Shown here in pieces: positions 8,708 through 17,491 of a stretch of DNA of 32,000 nt. Origin of the DNA: Faecalibaculum rodentium (GTDB lineage Bacteria; Bacillota_I; Bacilli_A; Erysipelotrichales; Erysipelotrichaceae); NCBI RefSeq assembly GCF_001564455.1, contig NZ_CP011391.1, positions 1,830,001 through 1,862,000 on the forward strand. The letters are read 5' to 3'. Below the pieces are notes generated by a model. It was not told where the DNA came from. It worked only from the letters and a program-made list of their open reading frames with translations, and searched no databases. Both the position numbers and the translations under genes were made by a program. How positions within the stretch are numbered: the first letter of the stretch is position 1; every line of letters begins with the position of its first letter.

Positions 8708-9427
8708 TTACGCGAATTCCTTGTAGGACTTCACACCGGAGAACCGCTTCTCGATCCAGTCCAGCAGCAGTGTGGCCAGTGTCGTCAGCGTCAGGTAGAT
8801 CAGCGCCGTCACGAAATACACCTCGATATACCGCATTGTGCTCCCGGCAATGGATGTCGCCTGGAAATACAGTTCCGTCACGCCAATCGCATTCAGCATA
8901 CAGGAATCCTTGATGTTGACAATCAGCTGGTTGCCAATGGACGGCAGCGTGTTTTTCAGCGCCTGGGGGAAGATCACGTGAATCATCGTCTGGAAGTTCG
9001 TCATGCCAATGGACTTCGCCGCCTCAATCTGACCGCGGTCCACCGACTGGATCCCCGAGCGGATGATCTCCGACATATAGGCGCCGGTGTTCACTGAAAT
9101 GATGATCATGCCCGCCGTCAGCGGTGTCCAGTGCAGGAGTGAACGCAACAGGTAGTAGAAGAACACAGCCTGCACCATCATGGGTGTGCCGCGGAAAATC
9201 CAGATATAGAACCAGGAAATGGCCTGTCCGGCTTTCTTCAGCCCCCGCCTGAATGGAGTATCCAGCGGATCTTCGGGAATCCCCCGGATGGCACCGACCA
9301 CCAGTCCGATCAGCAGACCGAAGACCGTGCCCACAATGGCCAGCAGCACCGTGATCTTGATGCCGTACCAGTACATCGGCCAGGAATCCGTCAGGGTCTT
9401 CCACGCATATGAGAAATCAAGACTCAT
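8708..9427 (-). CDS. Amino-acid ABC transporter permease
   Basis: Multi-TM protein of the His/Glu/Gln/Arg permease type, with EAAKSIGMTNFQTMIHVIFPQAL (EAA loop). Confidence 0.9.
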   Translation of the reverse strand: MSLDFSYAWKTLTDSWPMYWYGIKITVLLAIVGTVFGLLIGLVVGAIRGIPEDPLDTPFRRGLKKAGQAISWFYIWIFRGTPMMVQAVFFYYLLRSLLHWTPLTAGMIIISVNTGAYMSEIIRSGIQSVDRGQIEAAKSIGMTNFQTMIHVIFPQALKNTLPSIGNQLIVNIKDSCMLNAIGVTELYFQATSIAGSTMRYIEVYFVTALIYLTLTTLATLLLDWIEKRFSGVKSYKEFA

Positions 9428-9430
9428 CGA

Positions 9431-10273
9431 TTATTCCCCGGCAGGTGCGTTTTCCACCGCGTTTTTCATGTATTCATTCCGGGTGTCTGTGGTGATCTTG
9501 TCCAGAGCCGCCTGGATGTCCTTGAACTCCTGGGTATCCCGGGTGTTGTTCTTCAGGCCAATGGAAACCGTCGTATCCACATCAAATCCCTTGCCGTCTT
9601 CGAACTTCACGATTGCCAGATCCGGGTTGGCGGCCACGATGCCTTCGGCCACCGGCATTTCCGCCGTGATGCCCACGGCATCGCCGTTCTGCAGCGCCAC
9701 CACCAGTTCGGGATAGGTACCCTTCGGCGTCACGTGATCCACGCCTTCGATCTGGTCAATGACGGTGTCGTAGTTGGTGTTTTTCTGCCCAATGACCGGC
9801 TGGCCGGAGAACTGCTGGATGTCCGTGTAGGAAGCCTGGTCGGAATCCTTCTTCACGATCATGACCATGCCTTCGGATTCATAGTACGGTGTGGTGAAGT
9901 CGATGCCTTCCTCGCGCTCTTCATTGGCGGTCATGCCGGCAATGATCGCATCGATCTCACCGGATTCCAGAGCAGGCTGCAGGCCGTCCCAGGAAATCTT
10001 CTTGATGACCACATCCTTGCCCAGGTTGTCCGCAATGGCTTTGGACATCATGACGTCATAGCCGTCGCAATATCCGGCACCAGCCTGGTCCAGAGCCACG
10101 GAGGTCTCCGTTTCGGAGCTTGTCTGCCAGTTGAAGGGCGCATAGCCGCATTCCATGCCCACAGTGAACTTTTCCTTGCCGGAATCCGCTGTACCGGACT
10201 CTGCAGAGCTGCCGCAACCGGCCAGAAGCAGGGCTGTGACACCCGCTGCGATGAGTGCTTTTTTCATATTCAA
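9431..10273 (-). CDS. Amino-acid ABC transporter substrate-binding lipoprotein, probably lysine-related given the leader
   Basis: Lipobox LLAGCGSS. Family-3 SBP-like body. First gene after the lysine riboswitch. Confidence 0.9.
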   Translation of the reverse strand: MNMKKALIAAGVTALLLAGCGSSAESGTADSGKEKFTVGMECGYAPFNWQTSSETETSVALDQAGAGYCDGYDVMMSKAIADNLGKDVVIKKISWDGLQPALESGEIDAIIAGMTANEEREEGIDFTTPYYESEGMVMIVKKDSDQASYTDIQQFSGQPVIGQKNTNYDTVIDQIEGVDHVTPKGTYPELVVALQNGDAVGITAEMPVAEGIVAANPDLAIVKFEDGKGFDVDTTVSIGLKNNTRDTQEFKDIQAALDKITTDTRNEYMKNAVENAPAGE

Positions 10274-10293
10274 TCTCCTTTAGAAACCGGAGT

Positions 10294-10505
10294 AAAGAAA
10301 ACGGTCATGCGAAATCTGCATGACCGCCATTGGTCTTATGTGATAACGCCTCTTCATACCTGAAGGAGTCTGGCAGGTCTTCCCTGACATCCCACGATTC
10401 ACGCCCGCCGGCGCGCCCGTTCGGCGATGATTGCCTTTCCTTTCGTTCCCAGCCTGCCGGCTCCCGAAAGTACTCATCTGCACCGCTGCCTTTATCTTCA
10501 TCCGA
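10294..10505 (-). promoter_or_regulatory. Lysine riboswitch (L-box) with a terminator expression platform
   Basis: The minus strand carries, in order, GAAGATAAAGG, AGATGAGTA, GAACGAAAGG, TCGCCGAA and GGATGTCAGGGAAGAC, which match conserved L-box cores as I recall them from the B. subtilis lysC and T. maritima sequences. Next comes CGGTCATGC-N7-GCATGACCG plus TTTTCTTT (10294-10326), about 15 nt before the RBS. Confidence 0.7.
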
Positions 10506-10521
10506 TTTACTTAATGCCTTT

Positions 10522-10549
10522 ATTGTAGATGCTCAGTGACAGAAGTCAA
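10522..10549 (-). promoter_or_regulatory. Sigma-A-type promoter for the riboswitch-ABC operon
   Basis: TTGACT-N16-TACAAT on the minus strand, just upstream of the riboswitch. Confidence 0.5.
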
Positions 10550-10592
10550 CGAAATGGCCGCAAATTCCCAAAAAGGAACAATTGTAACCTTT

Positions 10593-11261
10593 TCAGTCTC
10601 TGTCTTTTTTCTTCAGGACCACATGATCCTTATCCTTGAAAACCGAATCCGCCGGAATCACCCCGCGCACACATGACACCGGATAGACATTGGAGTTCGG
10701 ACCGATCACCGTGCCGGGATTCAGCACCGAGTTGCAGCCCACTTCCACATGGTCCCCCAGCATGGCGCCCATTTTCCGCAGCCCCGTCTCGATTTTTTCC
10801 TTGCCGGATTTCACCACCACATCCGTCTTGTCGGATTTCACATTTGATGTGATGGATCCCGCACCCATGTGAGACTTGTAGCCCAGGATCGAATCCCCGA
10901 CGTAGTTGTAATGCGGGGTCTGTACATTGTCGAACAGGATCACATTCTTCAGCTCCACACTGTTGCCCACCACACAGTTGGCACCCACCAGGGCACTGCC
11001 GCGGATGAACGCGCAGTGACGGACCTCTGTGCCCGGGCCTATGATGCACGGGGCGCCCAGGAACGCCGTCGGGGCAATCACAGCGGTTTCATGCACCCAT
11101 ACCTGCGGGCTGACTTCCCGGTAGCCCTCGAGTTTGGGCCCCAGTGTCTGGATATAGGATTTGATTCCCGCCAGCGCCTGCCAGGGGTATTCGAATTCAC
11201 GCAGGTATTCACCCGCCAGAGAGTGTTCCAGGGAAAACAGGTCTTTGGTTTTGTACATCAT
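10593..11261 (-). CDS. Left-handed beta-helix (hexapeptide repeat) protein, GlmU C-terminal-like acyl/nucleotidyl-transferase family
   Basis: Hexapeptide repeats (IGPGTEVRHCAFIRGSALVGANCVVGNSVELKNVIL...). I chose the start MMYKT at 11261, which has a GGAG RBS. The longer track ORF is an out-of-frame-looking Pro/Arg-rich extension overlapping the DUF2752 gene. Confidence 0.8.
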   Translation of the reverse strand: MMYKTKDLFSLEHSLAGEYLREFEYPWQALAGIKSYIQTLGPKLEGYREVSPQVWVHETAVIAPTAFLGAPCIIGPGTEVRHCAFIRGSALVGANCVVGNSVELKNVILFDNVQTPHYNYVGDSILGYKSHMGAGSITSNVKSDKTDVVVKSGKEKIETGLRKMGAMLGDHVEVGCNSVLNPGTVIGPNSNVYPVSCVRGVIPADSVFKDKDHVVLKKKDRD

Positions 11262-11641
11262 TGAAATCTCCAATTCATCAACAGCGAAGCCAGGCCGCCT
11301 TCCGGTTCCATGGGCGGATCCGGAAACACGGTGATCATCCGCCACACATAACAGATCAGCATCAGGACAGCCCAGGAAAGAAGAATGCCTTTTACAGCCC
11401 CGGGCTTCTTCCGGAAGGCCAGCGCCAGCAAGGCTGCACCCATGGTCGGCAGGAGCATGGGATGGTACCACAGACTGCGGCTGAGCTGCCCTCGAAGGAG
11501 CCAGTACAGGGCTGTGGTCATGTTGCATCCGGGGCACGGCAGGCCGGTCAGCGCCTGGAAGGGACAGAGCCAGCCGAAGAAAAACAGAAACAGGACTGCG
11601 GCGATGCACAGTCCTGCGGTTTGCGCCAGGCGCCTATTCAC
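11258..11641 (-). CDS. DUF2752-type small membrane protein
   Basis: CPFQALTGLPCPGCNMTTA motif plus TM helices. GTG start overlaps the upstream stop by 8 nt. The stop overlaps the downstream ATG (ATGA). Confidence 0.7.
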   Translation of the reverse strand: MNRRLAQTAGLCIAAVLFLFFFGWLCPFQALTGLPCPGCNMTTALYWLLRGQLSRSLWYHPMLLPTMGAALLALAFRKKPGAVKGILLSWAVLMLICYVWRMITVFPDPPMEPEGGLASLLMNWRFQ

Positions 11642-12392
11642 CGTAGCGGACGATGTCGTTGATGTCGCTCTGCAGGATCACACTGGAAATCAGCGGTGTG
11701 AAGAGTGCCAGGATCGTCAGAACTGTCGTATCGTTGGACGGCTTGTAGTTGGGATAATCCAGGGAGGCCAGGACACGGCCTTCTCTCCAGAAGAAGTAAA
11801 TCGTGTACAGGCCGCAGGAAATGATGCTCATGAGCAGCGCCACCATGGGATCGCAGCCCCGGGGCTTGTCCTGCGCGGCAGCGAGATCGTTGATGTCCTT
11901 GGCCATGGCATAGATCCAGTACCACTGGTAGATGCTGCAGGTCACGAAGGACAGCAGGACACAGGTGAGCAGCCCCCGTTCCTTGACCGAACGCGGTACC
12001 AGCGTGCTGCTGTAATTGTTGTAGGTGTTGTACGTATTGTAGGTGTTGCCCCCGGTCTGATTCTGGCCGCCATACTGCGCCTGCTGATCATAGGCCGACT
12101 GTCTCTGCAGATAGACCGCCAGTTCGGTGTCTTCCAGGTGCTTCCAGTCGGGCATTCCGTTTTTCCAGACATAGGTGGAACGGTCAATGACATTCCCGGC
12201 GAGGAACCCCCGCATATCAGCCTCGGTATAGGGTCCCAGGCTCTGTCCGTCACTTACGTAATACCACGAGGAATCCGGTGTTTCCGCTGTGGTTTCTTCA
12301 TACAGGGCCTCTTCGAGGGGGGACCCGCAGTCGGCGCACACAGTTGCACCGGCTTCATTTTCTTTTCCGCATACTTTGCATTTCATATCCAT
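11634..12392 (-). CDS. Zinc-ribbon / GYF-domain / DUF4234 membrane protein
   Basis: CKVCGKEN...CADCG zinc ribbon. WYYVSDGQSLGPYTEADMRGF...WKNGMPDWKHL is GYF_2-like. Q/N/Y/T-rich linker. C-terminal TM block with IYQWYWIY. Confidence 0.8.
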   Translation of the reverse strand: MDMKCKVCGKENEAGATVCADCGSPLEEALYEETTAETPDSSWYYVSDGQSLGPYTEADMRGFLAGNVIDRSTYVWKNGMPDWKHLEDTELAVYLQRQSAYDQQAQYGGQNQTGGNTYNTYNTYNNYSSTLVPRSVKERGLLTCVLLSFVTCSIYQWYWIYAMAKDINDLAAAQDKPRGCDPMVALLMSIISCGLYTIYFFWREGRVLASLDYPNYKPSNDTTVLTILALFTPLISSVILQSDINDIVRYGE

Positions 12393-12436
12393 CAATTCCT
12401 TTTCCTGCCAGAGCAGGTATCAGACAGATTATAGTC

Positions 12437-13276
12437 TCACTCCGGCTTCTTTCGCAAATCGTGGTTGGCCGACATCTGTTCCCGTACCAGGTTCTGGATC
12501 GTTTCCCGAAGCCGGGATTCCGCCCGTTTTTCTTCACTCACCAGCCGGGAATAGCCGCCGGAGAGCTGCTCCAGCTGCCGGTACAGCTCTTCCCGTTTTT
12601 CATCCAGCACATCCCGCTGCCTGTCCAGCTCCAGCAGCTGGTTCTGGATCGAACGCTTCCTTGCATCCAGCCGTTCCTTTTCCGCGGTATTGCGGCTTAC
12701 CTGGTATTCCAGTTTCGCCACTTCCAGCTCAGCCCCGGGTTTTCTTTCCTGCAAAGCATCCCGCCACCGCAGCCGTTTCACCAGCTCCGGCATGAGATCC
12801 GGGTCATACAGTCCCGCACAGGTAAACACCGCTTCTGTGTCTTTTTGCGGCTGTGCCAGCTGATAAATGAACTGTCGGATCTCAAGATCTGTGAGACCCT
12901 TTCCATCAGGCACTGCCATGATCACCGCCTTGGCCACCGTCACCGCAGCCGAGGGAATATTGTGGATGACTTCCCTGTCTCTGCCATCCACCGCCCGGTC
13001 GATCAGACCGTCTTCATACACCACAATACACTGCCCGGATGGACTTGCCAGCATGAACAGTTCATCCTGCTGCCGGTAAATCGCCGCTGCATTTTCGCAT
13101 GCGGGTTCGATTGCAAATACATTCTGTTCCAGGCAGTCCTTCAGCAGGGAAGCGATGCTTTCCCGGTTCTCCGGTGTGCTTCCCGCCGAGACCAACTGTC
13201 CGTTTTGCCAGGGTTCAACCGCAGCCAGACCAGCTGCAGATCCTGTTGTATATTCAAACGCATGGGTTGCTGTCAT
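12437..13276 (-). CDS. Hypothetical protein with a C-terminal coiled coil
   Basis: 279-aa ORF with RBS AGGAG and an extended -10 (TGcTATACT) upstream. The C-terminal ~110 aa are heptad-like and charged. No family recognised. Confidence 0.6.
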   Translation of the reverse strand: MTATHAFEYTTGSAAGLAAVEPWQNGQLVSAGSTPENRESIASLLKDCLEQNVFAIEPACENAAAIYRQQDELFMLASPSGQCIVVYEDGLIDRAVDGRDREVIHNIPSAAVTVAKAVIMAVPDGKGLTDLEIRQFIYQLAQPQKDTEAVFTCAGLYDPDLMPELVKRLRWRDALQERKPGAELEVAKLEYQVSRNTAEKERLDARKRSIQNQLLELDRQRDVLDEKREELYRQLEQLSGGYSRLVSEEKRAESRLRETIQNLVREQMSANHDLRKKPE

Positions 13277-13354
13277 GGTTTCACACTCCTGTAATCATGG
13301 TATTCAGTATAGCATGGTGTTTCTGAAAATTCTTTCACGAAGAGAGACGGAACG

Positions 13355-13387
13355 CAAAAAAGGCAGGAGCCGTGTGTGGTTCCTGCC
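13355..13387 (-). terminator. Rho-independent terminator of the LtaS-family gene
   Basis: Minus strand reads GGCAGGAACC-ACACAC-GGCTCCTGCC followed by TTTTTT. Confidence 0.7.
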
Positions 13388-13411
13388 GATGGTGGCGGAG
13401 ATGGGGTGGGG

Positions 13412-15424
13412 TTATTGGGGCGTTTCTGTCTGACCGGCCGTTCCGGGATCCGCCGGAGGTGTGGTGGTTCCGGTTTCGCCAGTCTCGCCGCCAATGGAAG
13501 GAGGATTGGTTCCTCCTCCTTCACCACCCGGATCAGGGGTTGCGGTTCCTCCGGAATCTCCACCTGAAGGTGGATTGGTGCCTGTATTGCCTCCCTCTCC
13601 CCCTGACTCAGGCGGCGTTGTTCCACCGGATTCACCTCCAGTGTTATCACCCCCGGACGGCGGAGTTGTGGTCCCTGTATTGTCGCCGCCTGTGGAAGGT
13701 TCAGAGGGTACTTCCGGTGTTCCCGGATCAGGGTATGTGATTCCAGGATCGTATACCGGATCCTGTACAGGCGGGGTCCAGACATAGCCGGGGTCCGTGA
13801 AACTGTCACGGTTTTCCTGATATTCCTGGGCTGTGATGGTGACCGGTGTTTCCTGCTGTTCGTAATTCTCTTCTTCTTTTGAGTCTCCGTTCTCCTCATC
13901 CGGTTTGGAAATCTTCGATTCGTCCCCATTCAGGATGACAGAATCATAGAACTCTGAGCGCTGATTGAGCTGTTCATTGAATGCCTCAAAGCCAAGCTCT
14001 TCAATCAGGGTGGGAGTCCTGCTGTAAAGACTGGTCCCAAGACCCAGGCGGTCTCCCTCTATGGAAGCCCCGAGCGCTTCTATGATCGTTGGATATATAT
14101 CCAGCGTGGCATATTGCCGGGTTGTGTTCAGTGTATACTCCGGACCGTTGATGACAGTAAAGAAGGTCTTCCGCTCGTAACCTTCCGGAATGTTTTCATT
14201 CACCATGCCATCCATGCTTTTGTGATCCCCGGCGATGATGATTGTGGTGTCTTTATAGAAATCCTGCTTCTGGATCCATTTTACAAATTCCGTGACCTTG
14301 TGATCCGAACAGCGAATGACATTTTCGTATTGATTCTCAAAGTCATCTGGACAGTCCGGACACAGGTATCCCCCTGTGAAATGTGTATCGACCGTAAGCA
14401 TGGTGATATTGAAAGGCTCGTCTTTCTTTGCAATCTCGGTCAGTTCCTTTTCGGCATAGGCAAACAGCTTTTCATCTTCCATCCCCCACCAGACACGGTA
14501 GTCCTGGGGAATGATCTTGTCTTTCTTGGCTGTATTATAATCATAAATCGTGTAATCGCCGTGCTGCTCATAGTAGTTTTTGCGCCCTGCAAATTCTGCC
14601 TCAGATCCGCACATAAAGAAATTGCTGTATCCCTGTTCTTTCAGGATGTCCCCCAGTCCCACCACATAAGGCAGAAACTGGCTCTCATCTTCAAAATTCC
14701 GGTTGAAGTCTGAATTTCCAACATTCAAAGGAATTCCCATGGACTGTGCCGTGATTCCTGCAATGGTCCAGCCGGTATTTCCCGGTGTCAGACCACCGTT
14801 CAGCGTTTTGGGATCACTGGAAAAATCTGTATTCTCCTTGGCCAGTTTTGTCAGCTCTGGAATCAGACTCTTTTTGAATCCGCCACCGGCTGACGGATCT
14901 GCGAATGTGCTCTCCATGGATTCGCAGATGATATAGATCAGATTGCGCTTTTTTTCAGGGAATTCAATCTTTGTCGTTCTTGGATCCGCATAATAATTCT
15001 CATACAGGTCCGAAGACTTCGCCTGACTTTCATTGTATTTGTCTATCCCGAACATATTGTAAAGCTGATACCCGTAAATACCATTCAGAGCAGTCAGCGT
15101 GGCGACCAGGCCAAGAAATCCGGTCTTCAGCTGCTTCATGGTTTTGTTTCCCGCTTCGCCTGTTTTTTTCTGTTTCAGATACAGCCACAGCAAACCGGCA
15201 TAAACCAGTATGCCCAGCAGCAGCCAGGGCCACTGTCGGACAAAAAAACCACCCACCGCTTCCGACCAGGTACTCTCCGATCCGGACATGGAGTTCTGCA
15301 TGGTATACAGAACCTGCGCGAAGCTGCCCAGGGAAAGCTGGGATGTAAAGTAGTAGCTGGCATATAAGATGATATTCAACAGGATGTACAGTATCAGACT
15401 CACTGTCAAAACCGCGATCCACAT
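13412..15424 (-). CDS. LTA synthase / phosphoglycerol-transferase family (sulfatase-fold) membrane protein with a low-complexity tail
   Basis: N-terminal TM helices. Extracellular alkaline-phosphatase-superfamily domain (LIYIICESMES, MLTVDTHF, IIIAGDHKS). RBS GAGGAAG. Confidence 0.9.
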   Translation of the reverse strand: MWIAVLTVSLILYILLNIILYASYYFTSQLSLGSFAQVLYTMQNSMSGSESTWSEAVGGFFVRQWPWLLLGILVYAGLLWLYLKQKKTGEAGNKTMKQLKTGFLGLVATLTALNGIYGYQLYNMFGIDKYNESQAKSSDLYENYYADPRTTKIEFPEKKRNLIYIICESMESTFADPSAGGGFKKSLIPELTKLAKENTDFSSDPKTLNGGLTPGNTGWTIAGITAQSMGIPLNVGNSDFNRNFEDESQFLPYVVGLGDILKEQGYSNFFMCGSEAEFAGRKNYYEQHGDYTIYDYNTAKKDKIIPQDYRVWWGMEDEKLFAYAEKELTEIAKKDEPFNITMLTVDTHFTGGYLCPDCPDDFENQYENVIRCSDHKVTEFVKWIQKQDFYKDTTIIIAGDHKSMDGMVNENIPEGYERKTFFTVINGPEYTLNTTRQYATLDIYPTIIEALGASIEGDRLGLGTSLYSRTPTLIEELGFEAFNEQLNQRSEFYDSVILNGDESKISKPDEENGDSKEEENYEQQETPVTITAQEYQENRDSFTDPGYVWTPPVQDPVYDPGITYPDPGTPEVPSEPSTGGDNTGTTTPPSGGDNTGGESGGTTPPESGGEGGNTGTNPPSGGDSGGTATPDPGGEGGGTNPPSIGGETGETGTTTPPADPGTAGQTETPQ
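13415..13720 (-). repeat. Degenerate tandem coding repeat (Gly/Thr/Pro/Glu-rich) forming the C-terminal ~100 aa of the LtaS-family protein
   Basis: Reiterated units of the form GG(D/E)(N/S)TG(T)TTPP(S/E), for example TGGDNTGTTTPPSGGDNTGGESGGTTPPESGGEGGNTGTNPPSGGDSGGTATPDPGGEGGGTNPPS. Confidence 0.7.
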
Positions 15425-15453
15425 ACTCTCTTCCTCACTTTCAGTACCTGTTC

Positions 15454-15482
15454 ATCATACTGACTGTATTTATTCATTTCAA
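15454..15482 (-). promoter_or_regulatory. Sigma-A-type promoter of the LtaS-family gene
   Basis: TTGAAA-N17-TATGAT on the minus strand, about 30 nt upstream of the start codon. Confidence 0.5.
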
Positions 15483-15581
15483 CATACGCTCTGGGTCGAT
15501 GGACAAATTGTTCAATATCATCCCCGCTGACAGTATCCTGTCGGCAGTGGCTGTCCAAAAAGAATGTGACTGGGCGAGAAA

Positions 15582-17491
15582 ATCGAGTAGGTGTCATCTG
15601 ACCCTCTCACACCACCCAGCGTGCCGTTCGGCACTGGGCGGTTCGTACAAATGTTTTCATGAACCTTTCTGCCACCGTATCGAAGTATTCCTCCATGGAT
15701 AGAAGGCCTTTCTTCTTCAGGTGTATATTTCTGATATACTTGTTCAGGAATGTAGTTGCGCACCTGACATATCCCTGCCGAGCACACGCATATGAGTGAG
15801 CCTTGTCTCTGGGACATCCCAGCCTGACAAGGCTCTCTTCTTTTTTCCTGATGCTTTTCCACTGCTTCCAGATGATGGCCCTGATTCTTCTCCGGAGCTT
15901 GCTGTCCAGTTTGCGCACCGTTTCTTTATACAGCCATGCACACCTGAAATAATTGTTCCATCCCCTGATGACCTGATTGATTTTTTCAATCCTCTCCTCA
16001 AGAGATACGCTCCAGTTCCGTTTTGTCAGCTTCATTATCTTCTGCTCGAACTCATGAATGGACTTCTCATGCGGTATCGCCTTCCATTCCCTTTTGTTCC
16101 TTTTGAAGCCAAACCCCAGATATTTCACTTCATCCGGTCTGGCCACTTTCGATTTTGAAGCATTCACTTCCAGCTTCAGCTTCTTTTCAAGATAGTTGCT
16201 GAATGACTTCATCACTCTGTTGGCGGCGGCTTCCGATTTCACATAGATGAGCATATCGTCTGCGTATCTCGTGAATCTCAGCCCTCTGCTTTCCAGTTCC
16301 TTGTCTGCCTGGTCCAGATAGATGTTGGCCAGTACCGGCGAAAGCGGCCCTCCCTGCGGGATGCCTCTTTCTGTCCTGACAAGCCTTCCGTCTATCATGA
16401 CTCCCGCTCTGACGAACTTCCTTGTCAGCGACGTGACGTCCCTGTTATGGAACAGGTTGTCTATCAGGCGGATCAGTCTGTCCTGGTCTACCGTATCGAA
16501 GAATTTCCTCAGGTCGATGTCGACGATCCAGTCATACCCGTCGTTCATGAACTCGAGGCCTTTCAGTATCGCCTGTTCACATCTCCTGTTCTTCCTGAAC
16601 CCGTATGAGCTGTTGCTCATCTCGAAGTCCTTCCTGTAATCCAGATAGCTTGCCAGACAAGCCTGCACGACTCTGTCTCTGGCTGCCGGGACATTCAGTC
16701 CCCGCATGCTCCCATCCGGTTTCGGGATATCGGTCCTTTTGGCTGGCAGTGGTTTATAGCTGCGGTCCAGTATCTGTTCCCGCAACTGTTCCCAGTACTC
16801 TCCGGGGCACACAGGGAGTTCTCTGGCTTTGACCCCATCTACTCCCGCCGCTCCGTTGTTTCGTCGTACCTGTCTGCACGCATTGGTCAGGTTCTCCATG
16901 GAGAAGATTTCCTGAGTGCTCAGGTCTTCCGGCTGTATCAGTCTGGTCTGGTTCATGGCTGCTCCTTTCTTTCACGTGTTCCTGCACTGCCCTTCCTTAC
17001 TCATCTTCAGGGGCTCTCCGGGTTTGTCCTTTGTCGGTTTGTTGTGCAGGACGCATTCCTGATATTTGCAGTAAATTGTACGTTCGGCCCTTCACTCCAT
17101 CCCCATTACAGGGACTTCTTCGCTACTATGGCCTCGGCTGACTTCCTGCCATTCGTTATTACTGCGGGAAGGGGGTCATCATGGTTTGATGATTCCTCTC
17201 GCTGGCAGGACCTCCCCGGGTAAGGTCATACATCTTTCATTCCATATACCTGCCGCATTTACCCCAGACAGTCATCCGCAACTATTACGACTTTGCGCTG
17301 TTTCGCACGCTCGTCTCCGTCTGTGGCCTTATATGCGGTTCGTGTTCCTCAGGCCGGAACTTTGCCGCCGGGCTTCTTTCAGAACTCCTGTTACCAGTGA
17401 GCCCCTTGCCTTGAGCTAATGGTTAGCGGTTGCGATGATACGCTCCCATAGTGGACTTTCACCACCTGGATGTATGCCATGCCGGGCACAC
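15582..17491 (-). mobile_element. Group II intron, bacterial class C (IIC), complete copy 2 (about 1910 nt)
   Basis: 5' GTGTGCCCGG at 17491. RT/maturase ORF in domain IV. 34-nt domain V at 15611..15644 (GAACCGCCCAGTGCC-GAAC-GGCACGCTGGGTGGT, with a 2-nt bulge and a CGC triad). Domain VI-like helix GAGAGG/CCT(A)CTC with a bulged A 7 nt before the proposed 3' end ...CTCGAT at 15582. The 3' boundary is inferred, give or take a few nt. Confidence 0.88.
15607..16956 (-). CDS. Group II intron-encoded reverse transcriptase/maturase (RT plus X domain, no endonuclease domain)
   Basis: 449 aa. RT motifs GIPQGGPLSPVLANIYL and RYADDMLIY. Maturase region RGWNNYF. No HNH module. RBS AAGGAG. Confidence 0.95.
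   Translation of the reverse strand: MNQTRLIQPEDLSTQEIFSMENLTNACRQVRRNNGAAGVDGVKARELPVCPGEYWEQLREQILDRSYKPLPAKRTDIPKPDGSMRGLNVPAARDRVVQACLASYLDYRKDFEMSNSSYGFRKNRRCEQAILKGLEFMNDGYDWIVDIDLRKFFDTVDQDRLIRLIDNLFHNRDVTSLTRKFVRAGVMIDGRLVRTERGIPQGGPLSPVLANIYLDQADKELESRGLRFTRYADDMLIYVKSEAAANRVMKSFSNYLEKKLKLEVNASKSKVARPDEVKYLGFGFKRNKREWKAIPHEKSIHEFEQKIMKLTKRNWSVSLEERIEKINQVIRGWNNYFRCAWLYKETVRKLDSKLRRRIRAIIWKQWKSIRKKEESLVRLGCPRDKAHSYACARQGYVRCATTFLNKYIRNIHLKKKGLLSMEEYFDTVAERFMKTFVRTAQCRTARWVV

Noticed and set aside
10294-10505. T-box leader upstream of the ABC transporter
   Set aside because: A terminator-containing leader is present, but the conserved T-box sequence (AAnnnGGGTGGtACCgCG) is absent. The region before the terminator reads AGACCAATGGCGGTCATGC. 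The ordered motifs fit the lysine riboswitch much better.
10593-11609. The full 338-aa ORF as the LbH protein
   Set aside because: The first 116 codons are Pro/Arg/Ala-rich and overlap the DUF2752 gene in another frame. A GGAG RBS precedes the internal MMYKT start at 11261, which gives a typical ~220-aa LbH protein.
13101-13125. tRNA-like T-arm string GCGGGTTCGATTGC
   Set aside because: The flanking sequence does not form the T-stem or any other cloverleaf arm. It also lies inside a CDS.
13273-13929. 218-aa minus-strand ORF and 108-aa plus-strand ORF (13461..13787) within the repeat region
   Set aside because: Both are alternative-frame or antisense readings of the Gly/Thr/Pro repeat tail of the LtaS-family gene. 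Their open frames are an artefact of the low-complexity repeat.
15406-15597. 63-aa ORF spanning the intron 3' end and the downstream exon
   Set aside because: It starts inside intron domain VI and crosses the insertion junction, so it exists only because of the insertion. It has no RBS and no recognisable family.
15607-16956. The reverse transcriptase as part of a retron, DGR or defence-associated RT system
   Set aside because: The ORF is embedded between a GUGYG 5' end and domain V/VI structures, and it carries a maturase X domain. The whole unit is duplicated as a mobile element. No template/variable repeat pair or msr/msd-like structure was seen.
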